Part shown: positions 14,201 through 28,427 of the stretch, one piece after another
How positions within the stretch are numbered: position 1 is the first letter of the stretch
How the letters are laid out: each line of letters begins with the position of its first letter
DNA from: Squalus acanthias
Taxonomy: Eukaryota
Reading direction: 5' to 3'
Length of the DNA: 64,000 nucleotides
NCBI GenBank assembly: GCA_030390025.1
Contig: CM059431.1
Coordinates: 146,322,001-146,386,000 of the forward strand
Program-made: the position numbers and the translations under genes
Notes under the pieces: model-generated
What the model saw: only the letters and a program-made list of their open reading frames with translations
What the model was told of the DNA's origin: nothing
Databases searched by the model: none

Positions 14201-17200
14201 TGGAGGATGGGCCCAGTGAGATCAGACAGTGTGTAACCCGGGGATGATGGACCCAGTGAGATCATACAGAGTTTAACTCGGGGTGGATGGTCCCAGTGTG
14301 ATCAGACAGTGTGTAACCCGGAGCGGCTGAACCCAGTGTGATCAGAAAGTCTGTAAACCGGGGAGGATGGGACAAGCGAGATAACTCAGTGTGTATCCAG
14401 GCGAGGATGGGTCCAGTGATTTCAGAGAATATGTACCCCGGGAAGGATGGGCCCAGTGCGATCGGACAGTGTGTAACCCGTGGAGGATGGGCCCAGTGAG
14501 ATCAGACAGAGTGTATCAGATGTAGGATGCGCCAAGTGAGTTCAGTCAACGTCCAACCCGGGGAGGATGGGCCGAGTGAGATCAGACAGTGTGTAACTCG
14601 GGGTGGATGAGCCCAGTGAGATCAGACAGTGTGTAACTCGGGGTGGATGGGCCCAGTGAGATCAGACATTGTTTAAACCGGGGGGGTTGGGCTCAGTGAG
14701 ATCAGACTGTCTGTAACCCGTGGAGGAAGGGCACAGTGTGATCAAACAATGTGTAACCCTGTGAGGATGGGCCCAGTGAGATCAGACAGTGTGTAACCCG
14801 GAGAGGATGTGCCAAGTGAGAAGAGACAGTGTGTAACCCGGGGAGGATGGGCCCAGTGATTTCAGATAATAGGTACCCCAGAGAGGTTGGGCCCAGTGGG
14901 ACCAGAAAGTTTGTAATCCAGGAGGGATGGGGCCAGTGAGATCAATCAAAGTGTACCTAGGGGAGGTTGGGCCCAGTGCCATCAGACAGTTTGTAACCCG
15001 GAGAGGATGGGCCCAGTGAGATCAGACATTGCGTATATCTCGGGGACGATGGGCCCAGTGAGATCAGACAGGTTGAAACCCGGGGAGAATGGGCCCAGTG
15101 AGATCAGAAAAGAAGTAACCCGGGGAGGATGTGCCCAGTGAGAGCAGATATTGTGTAACCCGGAGAGGATGGGCCCAGTGAGTTCAGACAGTGTGCACCC
15201 GGGGCGGATGGGGCCATTTAGTTCAGACAGTGTGTAACCCGGGGAGGATCGACATAATGAGATCAGACAGTTTAAACTGGGGAGGATGGGCCCAGTGAGA
15301 TCAGACAGTGTGTACATCGGGGAGGATGTGTCCAGTGAGATCAGACAGTGTATAAACCGGGGAGGATGGGCCCAGTGAGATCAGACAGTTTGTAACCTGG
15401 GGAGGATGGGCCCAGTGAGATCAGACAGTGTGTAACCCGTGGAGGATGTGTCCATTGAGGTCAGACAGTGTGTAACCCGGGGAGGATCGGCATAATGAGA
15501 TCAAACAGTTTGCAACCTGTGGAGGATGTGCCAGTGAGATCAGACAGTGTGTAACCCGGAGAGGATGTGTCCAGTGAGATCAGACAGTGTGTAAACCGGG
15601 GAGGATTGGCCCAGCGAGATCAGACAGTTTGTAACCTGGGGCGGATGGGCCCAGTGAGATCAGGGAGTGTGTAACCCGGGGAGGATGTGTCCAGTGAGTT
15701 CAGACAGTTTGTAAACCGGGGAGGATGTGCCCAGTGAGATCAGACAGTGTGTAACCCGGGGAGGATGGGCCCAGTGAGATCAGACAGTTTGCAACCCTGG
15801 GAGGATGGGTCCAGTGAGATCAGACAGTGTGTAACCCGGGTAGGATTGGTCCAGTGAGATCAGAGAAGTGTATTCCGGAGGCATGGTCCCACTGAGAGCA
15901 GACAGTTTGTAACCCCGCGATGTAGGGCACAGTGTGATCAGGCAATGTGTAACACGGGGAAGATGTGCCCAGTGAGATAAGACATTGTGTAACCCGGGGA
16001 GGAATGGGGCCAGTGAGCTCATGCAGTTTGTAACCCGGTGTAGGATGGTTCCAGTGAGATCAAACAGTGTAAAACGTGGGGAGGATGGGCCCAGTGAGAT
16101 CATACAGTGTGTAACCCGCGGAGGATGGGCCCAGTGAGATGAGACAGTGTGTAACCCGGGGAGGATGGGCCCAGTGCGATCAGACAGTGTGTAACAAGTG
16201 GAGGATGGACCCAGTGAGATCAGACAGTTTGCAACCCTGGGATGATGTGTCCAGTGAGTTCAGAGATTGCGTAACTCGTGGATGATGGGCCCAGTGAGAT
16301 CAGACAGTGTGTAACCCGGGGATGATGGACCCAGTGAGATCAGACAGAGTTTTACTCGGGGTGGATGGTCCCAGTGTGATCAGACAGTGTGTAACCCGGA
16401 GCGGCTGAACACAGTGTGATCAGAAAGTCTGTAAACCGGGGAGGATGGGCCAAGCGAGATGACTCAGTGTGTATCCAGGCGAGGATGGGTCCAGTGATTT
16501 CAGAGAATATGTACCCCGGGAAGGATGGGCCCAGTGCGATCGGACAGTGTGTAACCCGTGGAGGATGGGCCCAGTGAGATCAGACAGAGTGTATCAGATC
16601 TAGGATGCGCCCAGTGAGATCAGTCAACGTCCAAACCGGGGAGGATGGGCCGAGTGAGATCAGACAGTGTGTAACTCGGGGAGGATGGGCCCAGTGAGAT
16701 CAGACAGTGTGTAACTCGGGGTGGATGGGCCCAGTGAGATCAGACATTGTTTAAACCGGGGGGGTTGGGCTCAGTGTGATCAGACTGTCTGTAACCCGTG
16801 GAGGAAGGGCACAGTGTGATCAAACAATGTGTAACCCTGTGAGGATGGGCCCAGTGAGATCAGACAGTGTGTTACCCGGAGAGGATGTGCCAAGTGAGAC
16901 GAGACAGTGTGTAACCCGGGGAGGATGGGCCCAGTGTGATCAGACAGTGTGTAACCCGGAGAGGATGTGCCAAGTGAGACGAGACAGTGTGTAACCCGGG
17001 GAGGAAGGGTCCAGTGATTTCAGATAATAGGTACCCCAGGGAGGTTGGACCCAGTGGGACCAGAAAGTTTGTAATCCAGGAGGGATGGGGCCAGTGAGAT
17101 CAGTCAAAGTGTTCCTAGGGGAGGTTGGGCCCAGTGCCATCAGACAGTTTGTACCCCGGAGAGGATGGGCCCAGTGAGATCAGACATTGCGTATATCTCG

Positions 17201-20200
17201 GGGACGATGGGCCCAGTGAGATCAGACAGGTTGAAACCCGGGGAGAATGGGCCCAGTGAGATCAGGAAAGAAGTAACCCGGGGAGGATGTGCCCAGTGAG
17301 AGCAGATATTGTGTAACCCGGAGAGGATGGGCCCAGTGAGTTCAGACAGTGTGCACCCGGGGCGGATGGGGCCATTTAGTTCAGACAGTGTGTAACCCGG
17401 GGAGGATCGGCATAATGAGATCAGACAGTTTAACCTGGGGAGGATGGGCCCAGTGAGATCAGACAGTGTGTACATCGGGGAGGATGTGTCCAGTGAGATC
17501 AGACAGTGTGTAAACCGGGGAGGAGGGGCCCAGTGAGATCAGACAGTTTGTAACCTGGGGAGGATGGGCCCAGTGAGATCAGACAGTGTGTAACCCGTGG
17601 AGGATGTGTGCAGTGAGGTCAGACAGTGTGTAAACCGGGGAGGATGGGCCCAGTGAGATCAGACAGTGTGTAACCCGGGGAGGATGGGCCCAGTGGGATC
17701 AGTCATTCTGTTACCCGGGGAGCATAGGCCCAGTGAGATCTGACAGTGTGTAACCCGGGGAGGATGAGAACAGTGAGATCATACAGTGTGTAACCCGGGG
17801 AGGATGGGCACAGTGAGATCAGACAGTGTGTAACCCGGGGAGGATGGGCACAGTGAGATCAGACAGTTTGCAACCCTGGGAGGAAGGGTCCAGTGAGATC
17901 AGACAGTGTGTAACCCGGGAAGGATTGGTCTAGTGGGATCAGAGATGTGTAATCCGGAGGCATGGTCCCACTGAGAGCAGACAGTGTGTAACCCCGGGAT
18001 GTAGGGCACAGTGTGATCAGGCAATGTGTAACTCGGGAAAGATGTGCCCAGTGAGATAAAACATTTGTAACCCGGTGTAGGATGGTTCCATTGAGATCAT
18101 CCAGTGTAAAACCCGGGGAGGATGGGACCAGTGAGTTCTGACAGTGAGTAATCTGGGGAGGATTGTCCCAGTGAGATCAGACAGTGTGTAACCCGGGGAG
18201 GATCGGCCCAGTGAGATCAGACAGTGTGTAACCCGGGGAGGATGGACGCAATGAGTTCAGACAGTGCGTAACCTGGGGAGGATGGGCCCAGTGAGTTCAG
18301 ACAGTGTGTAACCCGGGGAGGATTGGCCAAGTGAGATCAGACAGTGTGTAACCCGTGTAGGATTGGCCCATTGAGTTCAGACAGTGTGTAACCTGGGGAG
18401 AATGGTCCCAGTCACTTCTGAGAGTGCGTAACCTGGGGAGGATGGGCCAAGTGAGATTAGACAGTGTGTAACCCGGGGAGGATGGGCCAAGTGAGATCAG
18501 ACAGATTGTAACCCGTGTAGGATTGGTCCATTGAGATCAGACAGTGTGTAACGAGTGGAGGATGGACCCAGTGAGACCAGAAAGTATCTAGACCGGGGAG
18601 GAAGGGCCCAATGAGATCAGACAGATTGTCCCACGGGGAGGATGGTCCCAGTGAGATCAGACAGTGTGTACCTCCGGATGGATGGGCCCAGTGTGATCGG
18701 ACAGTTTGTATTCTGGGGAGGATGGACCCAGTGAGATCAGGCAGTCTGTAACCCAGGGAGGATGGGCCCAGTGTGATCAGACAGTGTGTAACCCGGGGAG
18801 GATGATCCCAGTGAGATAATTCAATGAGTAACTCGGGGAGGATGGGCACAGTGCGATCAGACAGTGTGTAACCCGGGGAGGATGGGACAGTGGGTCCAGG
18901 CAGTTAGTAACCTGGGGCGGATGTACCAAGCAGATCAGACAGCGAGTAACCCGGGGAGGATGAGCCCAGTGATATCATGCAGTATGTATCCCAGGAAGGA
19001 ATGAGATCAGAAAGTGTTTAACTCGGGAAGAATGGGCCGAGTGAGATCAGAAAGTGTGTAATCCGGGGAGGTTGGGCCCAGTGAGATCAGACAGTCTGTG
19101 ACCCGGGGAGGATGGGCCCAGTGAGATCTAATACTGTGTAACCCGGGGAGGTTGGCCCAAGCAGGAGGTGAAAGTATGTAACCCCGCGAGGATGGTTCCA
19201 GTGATTTCAGACAATATGTACCCCGGGGAGGATGGGCCCAGTGAGATCAGATAGTTTGTAACTCGGGGAGGATAGGCCCAGTGACATGAGACTTGTTGTA
19301 ACTCGGAGTGGATGGGCCCAGTGAGATCAGACAGTGTGTAACCCGGGGAGGATAGGCCCAGTGACATGAGACTTGTTGTAACCCGGGGAGGATGGGCACA
19401 GTGAGATCAGACAGTGAGTAACCCGGGGAGGATGGGCCCAGTGAGTTCAGAGAGTGCGTAACCCGGGGAAGATGTGTCCAGTGAGGTCAGACAGTATGTA
19501 ACCCGGTGAGGATGGGCCCAGTGAGGTCAGACAGTGAGTAGCCCGGGGAGGATGGGCCCAGTGAGGTCAGACAGTATGTAACCCGGGGAGGATGGGCCCA
19601 GTGAGAGCGAATATGTGTGTCCCGGGGAGGAAGGACCCAGTGATAAAAGACAGTGTGTAACCCAGGGAGGATGGGCCCATGTGAGATCACTCAATGTGTA
19701 ACCCGGGGAGGATATTCCCAGTGAGATCAGACAGTGTCTAACCTGTGGAGGATGGACCCAGTGCGATCAGTCTGCGTGTATTTGTGAGGATGGGCCAAGT
19801 GAGATCAGACTGTTTGCAATCCTGAGAGAATGCGTCCAGTTCGATCAGAAGGTGTGTAATCCAGAAAGCATGGTCCCAGTGAGATCTGGCAGTGTGTATC
19901 CCCGGGCGAATGGTTCCAGTGAGATCTGACAGTGTGTAACCCGTGGAGGATGCATCCAATGAGATCAGTCTGCGTTTATTGAGAGGATGCATCCAGTGAT
20001 ATCAGACAGTGTGTATCTCCGGGAGGGTGGGCCCAGTGAGATCAGACAGTCTGTAATTCGAGGAGTTTGGGCCCAGTGAAACCAGACAGTGAGTAACTCG
20101 GAGAAGGATGGGCCCAGTGAGATCAGACATTGTGTAACCCGGGGAGGATGGGCCCAGTGGGATCAGTCATTCTGTAACCCGGGGAGCATAGGCCCAGTGA

Positions 20201-23200
20201 GATCTGACAGTGTGTAACCCGGGGAGGATGAGAACAGTGAGATCATACAGTATGTAACCCGGGTAGGATGGGCCCAGTGAGATCAGACAGTGAGTAATCC
20301 GGAGAGCATGATCCCAGTTAGATCAGACAGTGTGTAACCCGGGGAGGATGGGCACAGTGAGATCAAACAGTGTGCAACCCTGGGAGGAAGGGTCCAGTGA
20401 GATCAGACAGTGTGTAACCCGGGAAGGATTGGTCCAGTGAGATCAGAGATGTGTAATCCGGAGGCATGGTCCCACTGAGAGCAGACAGTGTGTAACCCGG
20501 GGATGTAGGGCACAGTGTGATCAGGCAATGTGTAACTCGGGAAAGATGTGCCCAGTGAGATAAAACATTTGTAACCCGGTGTAGGATGGTTCCAGTGAGA
20601 TCATCCAGTGTAAAACCCGGGGAGGATGGGACCAGTGAGTTCTGACAGTGAGTAATCTGGGGAGGATTGTCCCAGTGAGATCAGACAGTGTGTAACCCGG
20701 GGAGGATCGGCCCAGTGAGATTAGACAGTGTGTACCCCGGGGAGGATGTTCGCAGTGAGTTCAGACAGTGCGTAACCTGGGGAGGATGGGCCAAGTGAGA
20801 TTAGACAGTGTGTAACCCGGGGAGGATTGGCCAAGTGAGATCAGACAGTGTGTAACCCGTGTAGGATTGGTCCATTGAGATCAGACAGTGTGTAACGAGT
20901 GGAGGATGGACCCAGTGAGACCAGAAAGTATCTAGACCGGGGAGGAAGGGCCCAATGAGATCAGACAGATTGTCCCACGGGGAGGATGGTCCCAGTGAGA
21001 TCAGACAGTGTGTACCTCCGGATGGATGGGCCCAGTGTGATCGGACAGTTTGTATTCTGGGTAGGATGGACCCAGTGAGATCAGGCAGTCTGTAACCCGG
21101 GGAGGATGGGCCCAGTGTGATCAGACAGTGTGTAACCCGGGGAGGATGATCCCAGTGAGATAATTCAATGATTAACTCGGGGAGGATGGGCACAGTGCGA
21201 TCAGACAGTGTGTAACCCGGGGAGGATGGGACAGTGGGACCAGGCAGTTAGTAACCTGGGGCGGATGTACCAAGCAGATCAGACAGCGAGTAACCCGGGG
21301 AGGATGAGCCCAGTGATATCATGCAGTATGTATCCCAGGAAGGAATGGCACCGTGAGATCAGAAAGTGTTTAACTCGGGAAGAATGGGCCGAGTGAGATC
21401 AGAAAGTGTGTAATCCGGGGTGGTTGGGCCCAGTGAGATCAGACAGTCTGTGACCCGGGGAGGATGGGGCCAGTGAGATCTAATACTGTGTAACCCGGGG
21501 AGGTTGGCCCAAGCAAGAGGTGAAAGTATGTAACCCCGCGAGGATGGTTCCAGTGATTTCAGACAATATGTACCCCGGGGAGGATGGGCCCAGTGGGATC
21601 AGATAGTTTGTAACTCGGGGAGGATGGGCCCAGTGACATGAGACTTGTTGTAACCCGGAGTGGATGGGCCCAGTGAGATCAGACAGTGTGTAACCCGGGG
21701 AGGATGGGCCTAGTGCAATCAGACAGTGTGTAACCCGGGGAGGATGGGCCCAGTGAGATCAGACAGTGAGTAACCCGGGGAGGATGGGCCCAGTGAGTTC
21801 AGAGAGTGCGTAACCCGGGGAAGATGTGTCCAGTGAGATCAGACAGTGATTAACCCGGGGAGGATGGGCCCAGAGGGATCAGACAGTGTGTACCCTGGGG
21901 AGGATGGGCCCAGTGAGATCAGACAGTGAGTAGCCCGGGGAGGATGGGCCAAGTGAGGTCAGACAGTATGTAACCCGGGGAGGATGGGCCCAGTGAGATC
22001 AGACAGTGAGTAACCCGGGGAGGAGGGGCTCAGTGAGATTAGACAGTGAGTAGCCCGGGGAGGATGGGCCCAGTGAGATCAGACAGTATGTAACCCGGGG
22101 AGGATGGGCCCAGTGAGATCAGACAGTGAGTATAACTCGGGGAGGATGGGCCCAGTGAGATCAGACAGTGCGTAACCCGGGGAGGATGGGCCCAGTGAGA
22201 TCAGACAGTGAGTATAACTCGGGGAGGATGGGCTCAGTGAGATCAGACAGTGAGTATAACTCGGGGAGGATGGGCTCAGTGAGATTAGACAGGTTTCAAC
22301 CCGGGGAGGATGGTCCCAGTGAGGTCAGATAGTTTGTAACACGTGGAGGATGGGTCCAGTGAGAGCGAATATGTGTGTCACGGGGAGGAAGGACCCAGTG
22401 ATAAAAGACAGTGTGTAACCCGGGGAGGATGGGCCCATGTGAGATCACTCAATGTGTAACCCGGGGAGGATATTCCCAGTGAGATCAGACAGTGTCTAAC
22501 CTGTGGAGGATGCACCCAGTGCGATCAGTCTGCGTGTATTTGTGAGGATGGGCCAAGTGAGATCAGACTGTTTGCAATCCTGAGAGAATGCGTCCAGTTC
22601 GATCAGAAGGTGTGTAATCCAGAAAGCATGGTCCCAGTGAGATGTGGCAGTGTGTATCCCCGGGCGAATGGTTCCAGTGAGATCTGACAGTGTGTAACCC
22701 GTGGAGGATGCATCCAATGAGATCAGTCTGCGTTAATTGAGAGGATGCATCCAGTGATATCAGACAGTGTGTATCTCCGGGAGGGTGGGCCCAGTGAGAT
22801 CAGACAGTCTGTAATTCGATGAGTTTGGGCCAAGTGAAACCAGACAGTGAGTAACTCGGAGAAGGATGGGCCCAGTGAGATCAGACAGTATGTAACCCGG
22901 GCAGGATGGGCCCAGTGAGATCAGACAGTGTCTATCCCGGGTAGGATAGGCCCAGTGAGATCAGACAGTGTGTAACCCGGGGAGAATGGGCCCAGTGAGA
23001 TCAGACAGTGTGTAACCCGGGGAGGATGGGCCCAGTGAGATCAGATAGTGTGTAACCCGGGGAGGATGGGCCCAGTGAGATCAGACAGAGTGTAACACGG
23101 GAGGTTGGGCCCAGTGAGATCAGACAATGTGTAACCCGTGGAGAATGGGCCCAGTGAGATCAGACAGTGTGTAACCCGGGGAGGATGGGCCCAGTGAGAT

Positions 23201-24261
23201 CAGACAGTGTGTAACCCGGGGAGGATGGACCCAGTGACATCAGACAGTGTGAAACCCGGGGAGGATGGGCCCAGTGACATCAGACAGTCTGCAACTCGGG
23301 GAGGATGGGCCCAGTGAAATCAGACAGTGTGTAACCCGGGGAGGATGGGCCCAGTGAAATCAGACAGTTTTTAATCCGGGGAGGATGGGCCCAGTGAAAT
23401 CAGACAGTGTGTAACCCGGGGAGGATGGGCCACGTCAGAGAAGACAGTGTGTATATCTTGGGGAGAATGGGCCCACTGAGATCCGACTTGTTGGAACTCG
23501 GGGAGGATGGGCCCTGTGAGATCAGATAGTTTGTAACACGTGGAGGATGGGTCCAGTGAGATCAGACAGTGTGTAACCCGGGGAGGATGCGCCCAGTCAG
23601 ATCAGGCATTGTGTAAACCTGGAAGAATGGGCCAAGAGAGATCAGACAGTTTGTAACCCGGGGAGGATGGACCCAGGGTGATGAGACAGTGTGTAACCTG
23701 TGGAGGATGGGCCCAGTGAGATCAGACGGACTGTAACCCGTGGATGATGGCCCTAGTGAGGACATACATTGTGTAACCCGGTCTCGATTGGCCCAGTGAA
23801 ATCAGACAGCGTGTACCCCAGAGAGGTTGGCCAAGTGAGTTCAGACAGTGTGTAACCCGGGGATGATGGGCCCAGTGAGATCAGACAGTGTATAACCTTT
23901 GGACGATTGGCCCAGTGAGATCAGACAGTGAGTAACCCGAGGAGGATGGACACAGAGAAATCAGACAGTGAGTAACCCGGGGACGATGGGACCAGTGAGA
24001 TCAGACAGTGAGTTACCCGGGGAGGATCGGCCCAGTGAGATCAGACAGTCTGTAAATCGGGGAGGAAGGGACCAGTGAGATCAGACACTGTGTAATCAGG
24101 GGAGGATGGGTCCAGTGAGTTAGACAGTGTGTAACCTGGGGAGAATTGGCCCAGTGAGTTCAGATACAGTTTAACCCGGGGAGGATTGGCCCAGTGTGAT
24201 CAGACAGTGTGTAACCTGCGGATGATGTGCCCAGTGAGATCAGACAGTGTGTATCTCGGGG

Positions 24262-25386
24262 CGATATATTAATGATCTGGACGAGGGAACTAGATGTAAT
24301 ATGTCTGAGTTTGCAGAGCTGGGTGGGCGTGTGGGCTATGAGGAGGATGCAGAGAAACTCCAGTATGATTTGGAGAGTTTGGGTGATTGGGCAGATGCAT
24401 GGCTGATGCAGTATAATGTGGATAAATGCGACGTTATCCACGTTGGTGACAAAAGCAGGAAGACAGATTATTATCTGAACGGCAATAGATTGGGAAAAGT
24501 GGAAGTGCAACGAGATCTGGGAGTCCTTGTGCACCAGTCGCTGAAGGTACGAATGGAGGTGCAGAAGGCGGTTAAGAAGGCAAATTGTATGTTGGCCTTC
24601 ATAGCGAGAGGATTCCAGTATAGGAGCAAGGATGTCTTGCTGCAGTTGTAAAAGGCCTTGGTGAGACCACACACTGAGTATTGTGTGCAGTTTTGGTCGC
24701 CTTATCTGAGGAAGGATGTGTTCTTGCCATGGAGGGAGTGCAGCGAAGATTTACCAGCCTAATACCTGGGTTGGCAGGAATGACGAATGAAGAGACACTG
24801 GGTCGATAAGGCTTATATTCGCTAGAGTTTAGACGAATGAGAGGGGATCTCATTGAAACTTATAAAATTCTAACATATCTAGACAGACTAGATGCAGGAA
24901 GGATGTTCCCTATTGCGGGGGATTCCAGAACCAGAGGTCACAGTCTAAGGATAAGGGGTAAGCCATTTAGGACTGAGATGAGGAGAAATTTCTTCACCCA
25001 GAGAGTGGTGAACCTGTGGAATTCTCTACCACAGAAGGCAGTTGAGGCCAATTCATTAAATATATTCAAGAACGAGATAGATATATTTCTTAAGGCTAAA
25101 CGGATCAAGGGATATGGGGGGAAAGCAGGGATAGGATACTGAATTTGGATGATCAGCCATGATCTCATAAAATGGCCATAATGTGGAGATGCCGATGTTG
25201 GACTCGGGTGGACAAATGTGAGAAGTCGCACAACACCAGGTTATAGTCCAACAGTTTTATTTGAAATCACAAGCTTTCGGAGCGCTGCTCATTCGTCAGG
25301 TTAAATCATGAAATGGCAGTGCACGCTCGAGGGGCAGAATGGCCTACTGCTGCTCCTATCTTCTATGCTTCTATGCTATGCTTCTA
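24262..25386 (+). mobile_element. 5'-truncated CR1 3' fragment, copy 1
   Basis: YINDLDEG...FA, LVRPH.EYCVQFW, RRNFFTQRVVNLWNSLP; (ttctatgc) tail. Confidence 0.9.
25177..25305 (-). mobile_element. 129-bp Penelope-LTR-like insert with a mutated hammerhead motif (copy 1)
   Basis: Flanked by near-direct repeats TCAT(A/G)AAATGGC (25165-25176, 25306-25317); minus strand reads ctgacga-a-tgagc-agc-gctcc-gaaa-gctt-gtga, with stem I and stem II mismatches. Confidence 0.65.
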
Positions 25387-28300
25387 GGATGTGCCCAGTT
25401 TGATCAGGCAGTGTGTATACCGGGGAGGAAGGGCCCATGTGAGATCAGACAGTGTATAACCCGGAGAGGACGGCCCAGTGAGATCAGACAGAGTGTAACC
25501 CGGGGAGGTTTGGACCCAGTAAGGTCAGAGAGTTTGTAACTCGGGGAGGATGCTCCCAGGGAGATCAGGCAATGTAACCCGGGGAGAATGTGTCCAGTGA
25601 GATCAGACAGTGCCTAACCCCGGGAGAGTGGTCTCAATGAAATCAAACAGTATGTAATCCGAGGAGGATGGGCCCAGTGAGATCAGACAGTGTGTAACCC
25701 GGGGAGGATTGTCCCAGTCAGATCAGAAAGTCTCTAATCCGGGAAGCATAAGCCAAGTTAGATCAGACAGTGTGTAACCCGGGGAGGATGGACCCAGTGT
25801 GATCAGACAATGTGGAACCCCGGGAGGATGGGCCCAGTGATATCATCAGTCTGTAACCCAGGGAGGACGGGCCCAGAGAGATCAGACAGGAGTAAGCAGG
25901 GGAAGATGTGCCCAGTGAGATTAGACAGTATGTAAGTCGGGGAGGATGCGCCCAGTGTGATCAGACTGGATGTAACCCGGGGAGGATGGGTCCAGCGAGA
26001 TCAGACAGTGATTAACCCGGAAGGGATTGGTCGAGTGAGATGAGACAATGTGTAACTCGGGGAAGATGTGCTCAGTGAGATCCGACAGTGTGTACCCCGG
26101 GGAGGATGAACACTGTGAAATCAGACAGTGTGTAACAGTGGGAGGTTGGGCCCAGTGAGATCAGATAAATGTTAACCCGGGGAGGATGGGCCCAGTGGGA
26201 TCAGACGGTGGGTAACTCGGAGAGGATGGGCTCAGTGAGATGTGACTGTGTGTAACCCGGGGAGGATGGGCCCAGTGAGATCAGACAGTGAGTAGCCCGG
26301 GGAGGATGGGCCCAGTGAGATCAGACAGTATGTAACCCGGGGAGGATGGGCCCAGTGAGATTTGACAGTCAGTATAACTCGGGGAGGATGGGCCCAGTGA
26401 GATCAGACAGTGAGTATAACTCGGGGAGGATGGGCTCAGTGAGATCAGACAGTATGTAACCCGGGGAGGATGGGCCCAGTGAGATTTGACAGTCAGTATA
26501 ACTCGGGGAGGATGGGCCCAGTGAGATCAGACAGTGAGTATAACTCGGGGAGGATGGGCTCAGTGAGATTAGACAGGTTTCAACCCGGGGAGGATGGTCC
26601 CAGTGAGGTCAGATAGTTTGTAACACGTGGAGGATGGGTCCAGTGAGAGCGAATATGTGTGTCCCGGGGAGGAAGGGCCCAGTGATAAAAGACAGTGTGT
26701 AACCCGGGGAGGATGGGCCCATGTGAGATCACTCAATGAGTAACCCGGGGAGGATATGCCCAGCGAAATCAGACAGTTTCTAACCTGTGGAGGATGCACC
26801 CAGTGCGATCTGTCTGCGTGTATTTGTGAGGATGGGCCCAGTGAGATCAGACTGTGCAATCCTGGGAGAATGCGTTCAGTTCGATTAGAAGGTGTGTAAT
26901 CCGGAAAGCATTTCCCAGTGAGATCTGGCAGTGTGTATCCCCGGGCGAATGGTCCCAGTGAGATCTGACAGTGTGTAACCCGTGGAGGATGCATCCAATG
27001 AGATCAGTCTGCGTTAATTGAGAGGATGCATCCAGTGAGATCAGACAGTGTGTATCTCCGGGAGGGTGGGCCCAGTGAGATCAGACAGTCTGTAACTCGA
27101 GGAGGATGGGCCCAGTGAAACCAGACAGTGAGTAACTCGGGGAGGATGCGCTCAGTGAAATCAGACAGTGTGTAACCCGGGTAGGACAGGGGCCAGTGAG
27201 TTCATACAGTGTGTAACCCAGGGAGGATGGGCCCAGTGAGATCAGACAGTGTGTAACCCGGGCAGGATGGGCCCAGTGAGATCAGACAGTGCCTTTCCCG
27301 GGTAGGATAGCCCCAGTGAGATCAGACAGTGTGTAACCCGGGGAGGATGGGCCCAGTGAGATCAGACAGTGTGTAACCCGGGGAGGATGGACCGAGTGAG
27401 ATCAGACAGTGTGTAACCCGGGGAGAATGGGCCCAGTGACATCAGACAGTTTGTAACTCGGGGAGGATGGGCCCAGTGAAATCAGACAGTGTGTAACCCG
27501 GGGAGAATGGGACACGACAGATCAGACAGCGTGTATATCTTGGGAAGAATGGGCCCACTGAGATCCGACTTGTTGGAACTCGGGGAGGATGGGCCCTGTG
27601 AGATCAGATAGTTTGTAAAACGTGGAGGATGGGCCCAGTGAGATCAGACAGTGGGTAACCTGGGGAGGATTGGCCCAGTGAGTTCACTCAATGAGTAACT
27701 CGGGGAGGATGGGCCCAGTGAGATCAGACAGAGTGTAACCCGGGGAAGATGCGCCCAGTGAGATCAGGCAGTGTATATAACCTGTGGAGGATGGGCCCAG
27801 TGAGATCAGACGGACTGTAATCCGTGGATGATGGCCCTAGTGAGGACATGCATTGTGTAACCCGGTCTCGATTGGCCCAGTGAAATCAGACAGCGTGTAA
27901 CCCAGAGAGGTTGGCCAAGTGAGTTCAGACAGTGTGTAACCCGGGGAGGATGGGCCCAGTGAGATTAGACAGTGTGTAACCCGGGGAGGATGGGCCCAGT
28001 GAGATCAGACAGTGTATAACCCGGGGAGGATTGACCCAGTGAGATCAGACAGTGAGTAACCCGAGGAGGATGGACCCAGTGAGATCAGACAGGGAGTAAC
28101 CCGGGGAGGATGGGACCAGTGAGATCAGACATTGAGTTACCCCGGGAGGACCGGCCCAGTGAGATCAGACAGTCTGTAAACCGGGGAGGAAGGGACCAAT
28201 GAGACCAGACACTGTGTAATCAGGGGAGGATGGGTCCAATGAGTTCAGACAGTGTGTAACCCGGGGAGAATTGGCCCAGTGAGTTCAGACACAGTTTAAC

Positions 28301-28427
28301 ACGGGGAGGATTGGCCCAGTGAGATCAGACAGTGTGTAAACCGGTTAGGAATGTGCCCAGTGAGATATTACAGTGTGTAACCTGGGGATGATGGGCCCAG
28401 TGAGATCAGACAGTGTGTATTTCGGGG